This document shows positions 47,458-61,261 of a DNA stretch of 64,000 nt, in pieces. Below the pieces are notes generated by a model that worked only from the letters and a program-made list of their open reading frames with translations, made no database searches and was not told where the DNA came from. Numbering within the stretch: position 1 is the stretch's first letter; every line of letters starts with the position of its first letter. Origin of the DNA: Eledone cirrhosa. Taxonomy: Eukaryota. Location: positions 3,286,001 to 3,350,000 of the forward strand of contig OZ024752.1 in NCBI GenBank assembly GCA_964016885.1, given 5' to 3'. Position numbers and translations under genes: made by a program.

Positions 47458-48190
47458 CAGGCCAATAGATTGATTGAATGATAGACAATAAAATCTAGTA
47501 AGCTTCTATATAGATTGACTAGAGAGAGAGAGGTGTGGAGGCATTGAGAGAGAAGTAATATGAGACAGACACATAGTGAGAGAGATTGAGTGTTCCAGAG
47601 TGATTGTATGTTGGAGGGGGAGAGAGACAGATAGGAAGAGTTAGGGAGAGAGGGATATAGATAGAGAGATCGAGAGAGAGAGAGATAGGCAGAGTTACAG
47701 AGAGGGAGACCAGAAAGAGCAAGAGACAGATAGGCAGATTTATAGAGAGAGAGGGAGAGCGAGAGACATGCAGGCCGAGTTATAAAGAGAGTGATATATA
47801 GGCGAGAAACTGATAGGGAGAGTTATATATAGAGAGAACAAGGGACATGTAGGCAGAGTTAGAGAGAGAGAGTGATAGAGAGGGTTATATATAGAGAGAA
47901 CAAGGGACAGTTAGGAAGAGTTACAGAAAGTGAGAGAGAGATAGTAAGAGACAGATAGGCAGAGTTATAGAGAGGGAGAGGGGGAGAGAGAGAGATAGCG
48001 AGAACCTGAAACAGATAGGCAGAGTTATAGAGAGAGAGGGGAGAGAGAGAGAGATTGCGAGAATCTGAAACAGATAGGCAGCGTTATAGAGAGAGCGAGA
48101 GACAGACATACAAAGTTACCGACAGAGAGATAGAGTGACAGATAGGCAGAGGTAGAGAGAGAGAGAAATTCAGAGACAGTGAGATAGAAA
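47402..48190. repeat. (GA)n microsatellite grading into a GA-rich minisatellite
   Basis: Recurring ACAGATAGGCAGAGTTATAGAGAG core. Confidence 0.85.
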
Positions 48191-50801
48191 AAAGAGAATC
48201 GATAATTATGTTTTCCCTTGCCGTTTCTGTCAATATAATAGCTGTTTTTCTATGTTTTCCTGTTACAGGTCTTCTATTTGAATTACAATTTCCTCTGAAG
48301 CATTTCCTCTCTCAGCTTCGCAGAAAACTACACTACCATTACCACAACAATCATTATCACTATAACTTCCTTCACCGTCGTCGTCATAACTACCACTTTC
48401 AAAGTCACCCACCAACGCTACAAACCTTCACCCTCCAAAACCTCCAACTCCATGTACCACCATTAGCACCACCAATACCAACACACAAAGTACCACTACA
48501 AGTAGCGATACTACAATTACAGACATCATCGATAGTCGTATCTCCCCCACCCCCATCACGAACACCAATGAAAATATGATCACTGGCTTCACCGCAATTA
48601 CGATCATCAATAATATTATCATTAATATAGCGAGTTGTATGCCGTGCTAAATATAGCAGCAAAGTATCACTCTCTCTCTCTCTCTTTCAGACCACAGACG
48701 TTCTTGCTTTAAAGAAGACAGGATAATACAATCCCAAACGTACGATAAAAGATGTGATGGTCACATTTGGTGTACCTTTGATCATATGTGATCTGTAGTG
48801 GGTTCAACTGGACGTAAAAAATGCACAAACGTTAAAATAGACCTCCAACGATCTAACAATACAATCTCTGCTGGCATCGCCACCTGATGTCATCAAATTT
48901 TGTAATGGCTGATGCATTACCAATCTTCTACATTCGTTTAGAGAATGCTAATCTTATTTTCGACGCACAATGGATTTTGAATTAATGGTAACCTACTCCG
49001 GTATTGTTAAAAGAATATGTTATCATTTTAATTATCTCCATTCAATGAATTTCTGTGTTTGTGAGATAACTTTCTCAGTATAATTTCTAGCTCTTCTCGA
49101 AGTAAAACATATCAAGTCATATAGGGATCCTAGAATGTTTGGTAATACTTAATCGAACATAATTATTACCATATATACGTTTTATTCTATTTTATTTTTC
49201 CCAATACTATGTAAATAGAACCTAGACTATAACATTTATTTTGAAAGATATTTGAATATTATTATACTGCTAATTTATGCAACAAGTTCCACACTTTGTT
49301 GGGCCGTTGTACTGTCTGTAATTTTCAGTGCTGGTTCATAACTCAATTTATTTGAAATAACTCATTACTTTGTTACCAATATAAACATACTTATTTGAAG
49401 CGGATAAATATGAAATCGATAACTCTCCTTTGACACATCACCGCATAGTTATGAAGTTCATATTTTTAACCAGGAGTTTCCACTTTCGGCTCCACTATGC
49501 GACATACAAGAGACGTATCTTTTTTTGCCATCAAACCTGGTCAACTAAAACTTTAAGAACGAAGATATGTTAACAGAAATGTATTTGTAATTAGAACAGC
49601 CAGCTCTGTCTCTAACTGTATCCCTCTGAGTATCAGAGATATATGTTAAAAGGGCACAGATCTATGGTTTTCCCAATTATTCACCTGAGGTCATTTCTTT
49701 GAAATTGTTAATCGAAAACTAATCACCGAAAGCCACCTGTTGATGTTATGTTGCTTGTTGTAGTTGCTGTCTTTGTTTACTTTACGTCTGTGATGGTTGT
49801 AAAAAACGTATAATGATATCTATTCTATTCCTGATCATCCACTAGGAGGCCTTCAGCGTTTTAGATTGTATTTATCAATCTGCATTTCATTGTATATAAT
49901 ATTACTTTACCTGAATATATATTATCTCTGTCGCTGCTTCTCACTCCTCTCTTTCCCCACTTCACCAATCCCTCTATCTCTGATATATGTAAAGAGAGGT
50001 ATTCTGATCAAACCATGAATGCTTAACTAAACAATGTAACATCATAAGTTTATATAAACTTGATATGCACACACATAGACGCAAAGATATTAAGCAGACA
50101 CACATATATGGGTCCTATCATGCATTCTCTGAGTTTTCCACGGATACTTTGATAATGTATGAGCATCCTAAATATATTGTATCTCTTATTCGGGTTTTTA
50201 TTCCCCTTCTCAACTCGGACTATCCTCTCTCGGTCCCCACACAATTTTGTTGCCTTAAACTTTATAAGCCCCACCTGCATTGTATTTCAAAACGAATTAA
50301 CTCTTTGATAGTTTGTATAGATATATACATATATTATATTCTGTACAATCTATCAGAGCGATAATCGTTTTGAAATACATATAAAATAGGTGTCGCAATG
50401 GATTGCAATGAATAAGAGTTTAGTAAATCGAGTAAAATGACTCTGTGGACTTGTGCAATTCTAAAATTTTATGATACAATTACACAGTTACGTAAATAGT
50501 GAGCACACAAGAAAACAATGTCCATTACAACTAAAACCACCCACCAACATACCAATACCTAATCAACAAAAGGCTTCAATTACAACTAACCGAACCAACT
50601 AAAGATACACCATAGAAAAATAGAATACGTTGTATGGAGGCGTCCAATACAACCAGAGCCAGCAGAAAAATGACCGAATGACAACCAGAAACCTTTCACC
50701 GAAGCTTATACAAAGATTAGGAGCAAAATTAAACCCCTCAATTATGCACAATAACAAAATACAAACACACGCACACAGTATATATATATATATATATATA
50801 T

Positions 50802-51119
50802 AAGTTATATTTAAATTGTTGGGATACAACAAGCAAATATTTTTATAACTGATATAAAGCACTCAAGAAATTATTGGAGTAAAAATACGATATATTAACA
50901 AATGGAAACTATATTTATAAAACCATATTTATTTCATTATACATACCAGTAATGTACTGGATAATTGCTGGCCTTGTGCCTAAAGTAGAAACAATTATAC
51001 ATATATGTCCTTGAATATGTCCTTGAAATATGCATAATTGGACTTGGTGTCCTTGAAATATGTATAATGAAATAGATATGCTTTTATAAATATAGTTTCC
51101 ATTTGTTAATATATCGTAT
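50802..51119. mobile_element. Partial fold-back copy of the hammerhead element (subfamily B) with a SINE 3' fragment at its centre
   Basis: Arms ~50885-50945 / 51059-51119; only the 3' half of the ribozyme (CCTTGAAATATGTATAATGAAATA) is retained; SINE tail at ~50943-50997. Confidence 0.7.
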
Positions 51120-51667
51120 ATATATATATATATATATATATTACATATATATGCGTGTGTGTCTATGTGTGCGTATGTATGTGTGTGTATATGTGTGTGT
51201 ATGTGTGTATGTATGTGTACGTGTGTCTGTGTGTGTGCGTGTATGCGTGTGTGTGTATGTGTGTGTATGTGTGTGTGCGTATGTGTATGCGTGTGTATGT
51301 GTGCGTGTATGTGTGTGCGTGTGTGTGTGTAAGTCTGCCAGTCTGTGATTGTGTCCATATGTGTCATTACAAGTGTGTAGCAATAACTTCCATTTCAGTA
51401 ACCGTTATGCCAGGACAAAATATGTCAATAATTGCCAGTGTTGAACATCTAGTGACCATCTAGTAGTAGTAGTAGTAGTAATAGTAGTATAGGACCCAAA
51501 GTAATAGTAGTAACTCAACGTTATTCCTAACATTGTTCCTTTTTTCAAGACCAGCACCATCGTGACGTCTTAATTCTCTTGGTTGGACGATTTTTTTGTA
51601 CAGCTACGAATATTTTAATGCTTTTGTCTTTCGAACTCATTCACTCCTTTTCAACATTTGTTCATAT

Positions 51668-51724
<57 letters not shown>

Positions 51725-52351
51725 CTGCAGCAGTAGTTTCTATTCTCCTTGTTGCAGTTCCTGTTGCATTTTATTACAATTTTTCTATGTTGTTTTGTTT
51801 TTGACATTGCAGCGCTAACAGAAGCTAACATAATTTCACGTAAATAGCAAAAAGAGGCATAACTAGTGCATTATTGATCGTCTGTAGTCTTCATGAAGGT
51901 CAGAGAGGGAAGTTCTTTCATTTTTTTTTTATTTTAGTATTTTTCCTTTCTCCTATGTATGCAGATTTGTTATTTTATTATATACTTGTATATTAATGTA
52001 TTATATTATATTATTTATTTACTTATTTAGCCATACTCACTTAAGCAATATTGCAGCATAGGAATTTTGATAAAAAGAACAATGTCAGTTGTGATAAATC
52101 GAATATCGGAATAAAATGTTTGTGATGAGCATTCATAATCAAGCAGGCGGTTTCTTGTAAAGGATTTTTTTTAAATGATGTGATATATAATGAGATATAT
52201 TAATAGGTAGACATACAATGATTTACGTATAACGAGGTATGTATATATGTTTGTGTATATTTACATCCACATGGACGCGCACACATGCGGTGTCGCAGCA
52301 CGGCCTCATCCTTTCGGCTGAAACAAATAGAGTAATATTATATATATATAT

Positions 52352-52675
52352 ATATTGTTATGCTTAGGGAGGGTCATGTTACCAATAAGAAACACACGCA
52401 CCAGTTGCTTTCACTCCAATTTATTATAAATTTAAGAATTTATAAATTTCCGGTTGGTTGGTTCCACAACCAGACGATTGTTCATATATGAACAATCGTC
52501 TGGTTGTGGAACCAACCAACCGGAAATTTATAAATTCTTAAATTTATAATAAATTGGAGTGAAAGCAACTGGTGCGTGTGTTTCTTATTGGTAACATGAC
52601 CCTCCCTAAGCATAACAATATCGGTTTCAACACACGTTTTCAGATAAAGAATCTTGCAAAACAAATTCAGAAACG

Positions 52676-52678
<3 letters not shown>
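52352..52678. mobile_element. Fold-back element (family 2): perfect 270-bp palindrome plus ~57-bp unique flank, in (TA)n
   Basis: 52352-52486 is the exact reverse complement of 52487-52621; centre CATA|TATG. Confidence 0.9.
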
Positions 52679-52712
<34 letters not shown>

Positions 52713-53299
52713 GATGAGTAGAATATGCATCTCAGAAAATATCCTTATGGAGATTTCTTATCCGTACCCGGGTCAATAGTAACGAAGCATAGTGCCCATA
52801 GAAATAGAAGAAGGAAACGGGAAAAAAAACTAAAACTGTAAACTCATACCTTCATGTTGGCCCTCAGCGCGGTATATCTTGTCCTTCTAAACATAGGCTA
52901 TTCAAAGTAGAATTAGGCTTAACAACACTCCATCGCTCTTCTTTTCCTCTTACGTGTATGAGGTTATGCACATTTTCGGTGATGACTGCAGAACTAATAT
53001 GAGTTACAATTTCTCAATACATCGATCATCGACTTTACTATCCCTGTCATCATGATCATTTACATCCACACATCATCAACAGGAGAAGTAGCATAATCGG
53101 ATTGAGTTGTGATACCCCAATAAATGCCCCATCCTCATCATTATCTATATAAATACTTTAAGGCTTTATATTACTTGAATTGATTTCTTGGAGGTCTATA
53201 GATTGTTGGCATTTCTGCTAAAAATCAAGTAACTAGTCTGAAATGACATATTTCAGAAAAGATCAAGGGCACGGCCACCTTCAGCCATGGAAAGTCCAT

Positions 53300-53640
53300 T
53301 GTTGAACATTGACCTTCCACACGCTGCTGCCCTATTTTTGCCTATCCTGAGCCATTCGTAGTCAAAACATTTCAATTTTCTAGGGGTCGTCTAGCCACTT
53401 GGTTTGCTTGGGGCCTCAGTTTCTTGTGTGACCTCCTGAGGTTCAGAAGGTGACGCGTGTGAGTATGTGAGCATGTCTGGCTATGTGTCTTACCCACTTC
53501 CATTTTGCTTTGCTAATGATTTCTATGATGTCGGGAACTTTTATTTTTTCTCGGATATACATGGTGGTGTTTTTACCTCACCCTGTAATGTTTAGCATGA
53601 TCCTTTCGTGGGGTATTTGCATTGTCTGTAGACTTACAGT
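53300..53640 (-). mobile_element. RTE-clade LINE C-terminal fragment, decayed
   Basis: LQTMQIPHERIMLNITG*GKNTTMYIREKIKVPDIIEIISKAKWKWVRHIAR..RVTF*..TRN*GPKQTKWLDD. Confidence 0.8.
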
Positions 53641-56363
53641 AAAGTGGATAATATCGGATAAGGGTTTCTTCTCGGCTCCCTGGGCACGCATCACCATCTC
53701 GTACGAATAATACGAGATGGTCATGAGTGGAATACATTTTATCATAGGTGTTTTTGTTTAGAATTAGTATGGTGCTAAACAATATCAACTACAATGACAA
53801 CCATTGGTACGTAATATTTTCAGAGAGTCAGAAGCTATTATTGACATGTGGGTAATTTGAATGTAAACTCTAACGTAATGTAAATAAATACCATCGGGTA
53901 TGGACTCCAGCTCACCTGAGATGTGTGCATGAATCATCATTGTAATTGTCATAAGGATTACGTATGTAAACGCAAATATTTATTGAGTGTGATGACGCAG
54001 TAGTTAATTTAATCGACCTTGCTACTAGACTTGATCTATTCTTGCAACATATAACTCAGCAGAATGATAACCAACGTCGCCGTGGAATAAAAGAATAGTG
54101 TGCACTATTTTACTTTCATCAGACTTCACTTGATAAAATAATAAATTATCTCAGAGTATACTTGATTTAATTAAATAAAACTGCCTTCATGTAAATCATT
54201 CTGTTGTTTCTCACTGTTTACTTAGTATTTCAGTACTGTTGATGTAAGTGGAGAAAATCAAAAAGTCTACTATATCTTAACTTAAAGCCTACCAATATAA
54301 TGATATTACTGTACGTCACCTAAATAAACATTGTATACAGCCAAAATTAAATGATGATGTTCGACTTGCTAGAACTAACTACTAAGTCACATTCCAGGTT
54401 CGTTATATTGGAAGTGTATATTGGGAAATATAGATGTTGATACTAAGCTTAAAGCCGCTGATTTCTATCCTTTGAGGTACATTTTACCCGACACCGTCAT
54501 TGAAGGTATTTTTCCCCACTATTCTACGAATTCTAATACACTTGCGTTTCAAACTCGATATTCGAGATAACTGTGTTTTGTGAGAGGTTTGCACTGGGGT
54601 TACCCTAAACTGCTGTCAAACCCTATTTGAGAACTAGTTCTAATTGACATTTATTATTGGGATAATAGAATATTCTAAAACAATTATATTATTGGTAAGC
54701 CTACTATCTTCTCTATGGTGAAGTCTTGTTTTATTTAATCGTTGTAAACCACACTTAGTGTTATTATGATCTCGTATTGCCTCTAATTTCCTGTCCCTTA
54801 TTGCATATGCAAGTAATAATTACTGGTAGAGAACGTAATCTTCTATATATATCGCCATCTTTATATTTCTCATCATCCCCATCATCTTCGGGATTTTCAT
54901 CAAAACCACTCGTTATGTTATTCATTTCACATTTACTTTCTGAATTTGCAAACAAGTTTATACTAGTCTACGGTGACTGTGAACATCGAATTTGCAAAAC
55001 TAAATGCACTGTCTTATATATATATATAGATATGTGTGTGTGTGTGTGTGTGTATGTGTGTGTGCGCGTGTATGTGTACGTGTGTGTGTTTGTGTACATG
55101 TCGTATGTGGTAGAGTGTTTTTGTTGTGCACCTTATGTTGTATGCCTGTGTAGGTAGTGGTGCATGTATGACTGACTGGACCTTATATAGTAATCTTAAA
55201 CTATATTTGTGTTTGGAAACCAACTTCAAATAAAGTCAGAAATAATTGACCAACGAAAAATCTAAATCAGTGAGGCGATAATACTGATGGGTATGATTGA
55301 GGTAATGTCGGTGGTGGTGAAAGTGAGAGATAAATTGAAGAAGTAAAAAAAATAGAGGGACAAATTACAAGAAAAATGGTAAATGAGACAGAGTGGGATA
55401 GGGTATTGGAGAGATGGAGATTAACGAAGCGTTTACCTGATCAAATCAATCTGTAATGTTAGGTTTTGATCAGAAGAAAAATGACTATAGTCAAATATTT
55501 CATATTCGTGTGTTTGCATGAAAATATGTACGAAATGTATGAATGTGTTCGTCCATTCACACACAATACAGCTTGTGATTCTGTATTAAACCAGAGGCAC
55601 ACATATACATATGGATACACACACATATATTCATAGGGAAGTTGAGAGTGAAGGAAAATGATATAAAGAAAGAGAAAGATAGGGGGAAAGTAAAGAGAAA
55701 AAAGAACGAGAATATAAAGATAGAGAAAGAAAAGAGAAAAAGAAAGAGAAAGATAGAGGAAAAGAAAGAGTAATATATAAAGAAAGAGAAAGATAGAGAG
55801 AATGAAAGCGAAAAGTGAAGATAAAAAAAGATAGTGCGAGGCTGAAAAATGAGAGTGTCTTGAGAGATACTTCTCACAATTCCATCAAGTTGTTCATTGA
55901 AAGCTTTGATTGATTATTTCTTTCGAAATTTTCCAGTCTGCTGAAATAATTTTTATATGTTATAAACACGACCCCACACCTCCTGCCCCCCCCCCCCCCC
56001 CCACCCACCAGAACTTTTGTTTTGTTGTATTTTTCTTAACTTTTCTATTATATTCACTAGTAGCTGTTTTGTGTGTGTGCTCCTTTCATGTGCCATACGT
56101 CCAGCTTCTATAACAAACAAACTTACGGACTTTGAATATGTATTTACATATCAAAGTATGTACCTATATTTCTATGTATGTATGAAGGTATGTGTATATG
56201 TCAATAATTGTCACAAGTGTAGTGTTTGTACCTGAGTTTTCAAGTCGCTGGCTGGACTGGAAAGTGAGACTCACTCAGCGCATTGGTAGGGGTTCTCCTA
56301 CATGGATATAAAGTAGTGGCCGTACTCGAAAACGAGTTGGCAGCCACCATGTGTATATGTATG

Positions 56364-56416
<53 letters not shown>

Positions 56417-56552
56417 GCTGTGTGTGTGTGTGTGTGTATATATGTTTGCATGTATATATATGTTTGCATGTATATATATGTATGTATATGTATATACATG
56501 TATGTATATGTATGTATATATGTGCATGTTTATATATATATATATATGTATG

Positions 56553-56588
<36 letters not shown>

Positions 56589-57559
56589 TATGTATGTATA
56601 TATGTATCAATGTATAGATTGTAGGTACACATGGATGGAGGAACGCGCAGATGTAAGTTTATTTTTATTCTGAGTTTATATGAGTCATTTTCTTCTGCTT
56701 GAACATGTGTTTATATATATGTTCATGTATTATCTGCTTTTATGTTTATTTATGAATATATGTTTAGATTTTCTTGAATGTAAGATAGATGGAATCGTTA
56801 TTTTCTATTGTTTTTTTATCGTGTTTGATGGATATATCACACAGAGACACACCAAAACACATATAGATGCCCGCTTATATAAAGTGAGAAAATATTATAC
56901 AAACAAACGTATACGTGCAAATATAACATTTGCTCAGAGCGTCATTTCTATATTTCCAAAAACAAAGAATCTTAAACCTTATTCGGTTAAATGATTATTA
57001 TATTTTTTTATTTTTGTCTTTTATACGCCCATATTACTTTTTTTCTTTTTCTTCTATTTTAGATTTAATAATTTTTTTTGTCTGTAAGAATTTCCTTTCA
57101 AATCCTTGCTATTTCCGTAACTGGAAATCTGTTCATAGAGATTATCATCATCCATCAATTCAGCCTTACAATACACGCTACCATGGGCTGCTGATATTAT
57201 TAGTATATTAATCTATTTTGTAGTTCACACAGGTCAGTCACCTCGTCTCATAATATATAAAATGTTTTTGCGTAGGCTGTTGCAGTTATGTATATGTCTT
57301 GTATTTCAATTCAAATGAAGGGAACTGTCATATGACCATAGCATTTAATTTTCCTAGGATATACAGACATAGTACGTAGTTCATTCAGTGTGTTTAGTTA
57401 GATATACAATGTAGGGTCATCTAGTCTAAATAAGAACGCAGTTGGTTTTGAAAAAAAAAGTAGCATATTCATGTCAGTCTCTCTTCTTCATTTCAAATGG
57501 AGTGCGATATTATCTGTATCCCGCATTTCATGATATCAGATATTACTGAGTGAAATAAT

Positions 57560-57745
57560 TGTTTCTACTTTAGGCACAAGGCTAGCAATTACCCAGTGCA
57601 TTACTGGTACTTTATTTTATCGACCCCGTAAGGATGAAAGGCAAAGTTAACCTCGGCGTGATTTGAACTCAGAATGACAAGGGCCGTAACTCTATGCGTC
57701 AAAGCGTGGCGTCCGACACCTCTACCGATACTGCCAATCCACCGC
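57560..57745 (-). mobile_element. Full-length SINE (short form) with 14-bp TSD
   Basis: CTGAGTGAAATAAT at 57546-57559 and 57746-57759. Confidence 0.92.
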
Positions 57746-58650
57746 CTGAGTGAAATAATGTGCCTAAAACCGACAAGTTGAAGCGGACACTTAGTGACCG
57801 CTCCAAATACCAAAGATTTCAACCAAATATATCTTACATTTCACACTACCATATTGCGAAGATCAAAGCGCATCGCATACTTTATTTACATATACGAAAT
57901 GTTAAAAAGGAAATTGAGATGGTGTAGATTGCAATAAGATTTATTATAGCCATGCTTCAGAAAAGTAGACATAGGGCTAATATCAACATATCACAGTTAT
58001 GTGTGAACCATTAAGGTTCTAGATACGGTTGTTCACCTCCTAAATTTGCTGCTGCGAATCGTCTATAAGCACTCAATGTTGAAACTATTGTCCAATACTT
58101 ACAAAATTCTTTTTTCACTTAATAGGTCCATCCTCAAGTTCCCAGAATACCACGTAGGGTACATCTTTAATGTCTTATGTACGTTCTAAATGATCCAACT
58201 AAAATTCTGCGTTGGGAAACTGTGTACGAATATCGCGTAGACAGTGTATTTCTTTAATACAAAGCTTTGCCACTCATATTGAGTCTATACGGGTATTACG
58301 TTAACTGGAGATGTATATGTCAAAACCCCGCTGCGTGTCCTGTATCTTACTGTTTACGAAGTTCCGTTCATCAAACTAGGGATGTAATCAATCGACAGGA
58401 AACAGATATCGGAGTTTCAATGGTAGCATCAACATGGCCTTAAGTAATTATACAATGAATGAATAAAGAAAGAACAAGTAGTAAATTGAACCATTGTTTC
58501 ACAATCGTTTCAAAGACCAAAATGATCGATGGTCAGACTAATCGATGGCAGTTATAGAACCCCATAACATTAGACTCGGAAACACATTTTATCCGCTGTC
58601 TATCCTCACACACACATTCACACACACGCACATGTGTATATATTTATGTA

Positions 58651-58691
<41 letters not shown>

Positions 58692-58896
58692 TATATATAT
58701 ATATAATATATATATATATATACATAATATAATATATATATATATACATAATATAATATATATATATATATATATGTATTATATATATATATAATATATA
58801 TATATATATACATAATATAATATATATATATATATATATACATAATATAATATATATATATATATACATAATATGTATATATATATATATAATATG

Positions 58897-58948
<52 letters not shown>

Positions 58949-58954
<6 letters not shown>

Positions 58955-59215
58955 CATCCGTGGAAACTCTTTGAGATAGTACCTGGTGCGATTATGACAA
59001 TCGGGACGACTTTGATTTCATGGCAGTTCAAAATCCTTTTTACCTCCCACTTTAAATCCTGGTATAGGTTAGTTTTCTCCCTCTCTTTTTCTTTCATTCT
59101 CGTGTCAAATGGGCAGTCTACATCTTCAATCAGGCACGATCTTTTTCCCTTGTCCAAAACCACTAGGTCAGGCCTATTGTGTTTTAACGTTTTGTCCTTC
59201 TGTATCCCAAAGACA
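58949..59215 (-). mobile_element. R4/Dong-like RLE endonuclease fragment
   Basis: IQKDKTLKHNRPDLVVLDKGKRSCLIEDVDCPFDTRMKEKEREKTNLYQDLKWEV..VVPIVIIAPGTISK; truncated by (TA)n. Confidence 0.8.
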
Positions 59216-60191
59216 GAGTGGAAGGTTCAATATATTATTCAAGAACGCCTATATTCGGATATTATACCTGAAAACACTACGGAAGGTGTTCTAGCAATCC
59301 GACACTGGATTAATACATTATGATGTGAGCAGCCAAAGGCTTGAAATATAAAGTTGATACAGGCTAGATCTGAATTCAAATTTTGTCATCTGTAATCAAG
59401 ATGTTAAGCTTAACAAAAACAAAATAATTAGGAGTAAACATTTCGTCGTAGGGTGATGTTATATGGCACTCAACTGACCTCATGGCTTCTCTTTTTACAT
59501 ATGTTAAATATTGGCAGGAATACGACGAAAGAAATGAACATTCAACAGTCATTCATTTATGTTTATATGAACATTAGATCCTTTCACGTCTCAGCTAAAC
59601 ACTTCACTGAACTCGTCTCCGGACTCACCTATGAATTAATTTTGCCGACTCAGACAATCACTACTTTCCCCGGATTCTGGTTTTTTCCATGATTACGAAA
59701 CGCGTGTGTATTTATTACTGGCAAATATAATTCACCTATTTACCATAATCTAAGATAAACTGGTTAATAATTGTATGTTACATCGCATGTACTTTCATCA
59801 CTTATATTTAGTTGAAATGTGTCTGTCTACATTAACATTTTCAAAACTTATAATTAAAATGGTTCCCAGCGAATTTTAATAACTAGGATGAGATTACCAA
59901 AGGAAGGACATTTTCAGTAAATGGTTATTATCTTAGGCAATGAGAATGAATGGCAGAGAAGATAAATGTATAGGTGTGTATAATGAATACGAAATATTTC
60001 AATACGTTTCACATATTTCTTGCATTGCAAAGTTGGTATACACTCAAGGAAAATTGTCTGGCTTCGAATAAACTACACGTTTGATTTTCACATCCGAAGT
60101 GTTAGAAACTTTCGAGAGTTTATATTTAGCTTCTATTTTTTTTCCGTTACCTCCCTAAAAGAGACTCAAATGATAATAAACGTACAATAGA

Positions 60192-60376
60192 TAATTGTTT
60201 CTACTTTAGGCACAAGGCCAGCAATTATCCAGTGCATTACTGGTACTTTATTTTATCGACCCCGTAAGGATGAAAGGCAAAGTCAACCTCGGCGGGATTT
60301 GAACTCAGATCGTAAAGGGACGTAACTATGCTGGAAAGCATGGCGTCCGACCCTCTACCGATACAGCCAATCCACC
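60192..60376 (-). mobile_element. Full-length SINE (short form) with ~15-bp TSD
   Basis: CGTACAATAGATAAT (60181-60195) / CGTACTATAGATAAT (60376-60390); near-identical to the 14781 copy. Confidence 0.92.
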
Positions 60377-61074
60377 GTACTATAGATAATGAAGGTAAGA
60401 ACATTGCATTTACGTTTTATTTTGTCACATTTTTCTCACATTCTTATTACTATCAGTTGGGAGAAACTATTTCATTTTCTTTAAGCGTTATAGCAAAATA
60501 AATCACTCAAGCCCATACAATCTAATGGGTGCAATGAAAGATCCATATACTGAATATTATAGACCTAAGTGTATTATGCTTCAGTTGAAAAAAAGTAATT
60601 GTTATATCTGTAATGTACATATATTTACTGACATGAAGCTATACATCAACAATAATACGCAATACAAAATTACTAAACCACTATAAAGACAAGAATAGAA
60701 GCAGGTGCAGTATCGGCGAAGAATGGTAGTATTCTTTATTTCACTTCTTTATCTTGGCGTAAATCCTCAAATTCTCTAACCAGAAAGCCAGGCTTTCTCT
60801 ACGATCGCAGAACATGTAACCAATATCAAATAAATTTCCCCCAAATCAGTTCTTACTGTTTTTACTAAAAGAACGAGAAATATACATGGTGTACCCTAAA
60901 ACATTATACATGCTTTAAATGACAATATATACATTGTTTATTGAGTTAGAAACAATTTGATGAGTTATGAGAAGTCAAAATGTGAGTACAGGTTGGGGAC
61001 ACCCTCTATTGGTAGACGATACAGGGTAATAAACAGACCAGGAACCGCAAAGAAAAAATGTGATTGTAGAAAAA

Positions 61075-61261
61075 ATTGTTTCTAAATTTGACACAAGGCT
61101 AGCAATTATCCAGTGCATTACTGGCGCTTTATTTTATCGAAACCGTAAGGATGAAAGGAAAGTTACCTCGGCGGGATTTGAACTCAGAACGTAAAGTACC
61201 GTAACTCTATGCTAAAAAGCATGTTGTCCGATGCTCTACCGATTTTGCCAATCCACTGCCC
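61075..61261 (-). mobile_element. Full-length SINE (short form), more diverged
   Basis: Reverse B-box GGATTTGAACTC plus central and 3' domains. Confidence 0.85.

Noticed and set aside
47550-48190. CRISPR-like repeat/spacer pattern
   Set aside because: Spacers are GA runs, repeats are degenerate and the context is eukaryotic; this is a minisatellite
54764-54955. 63-aa acidic ORF as a host exon
   Set aside because: No recognisable domain or convincing splice sites
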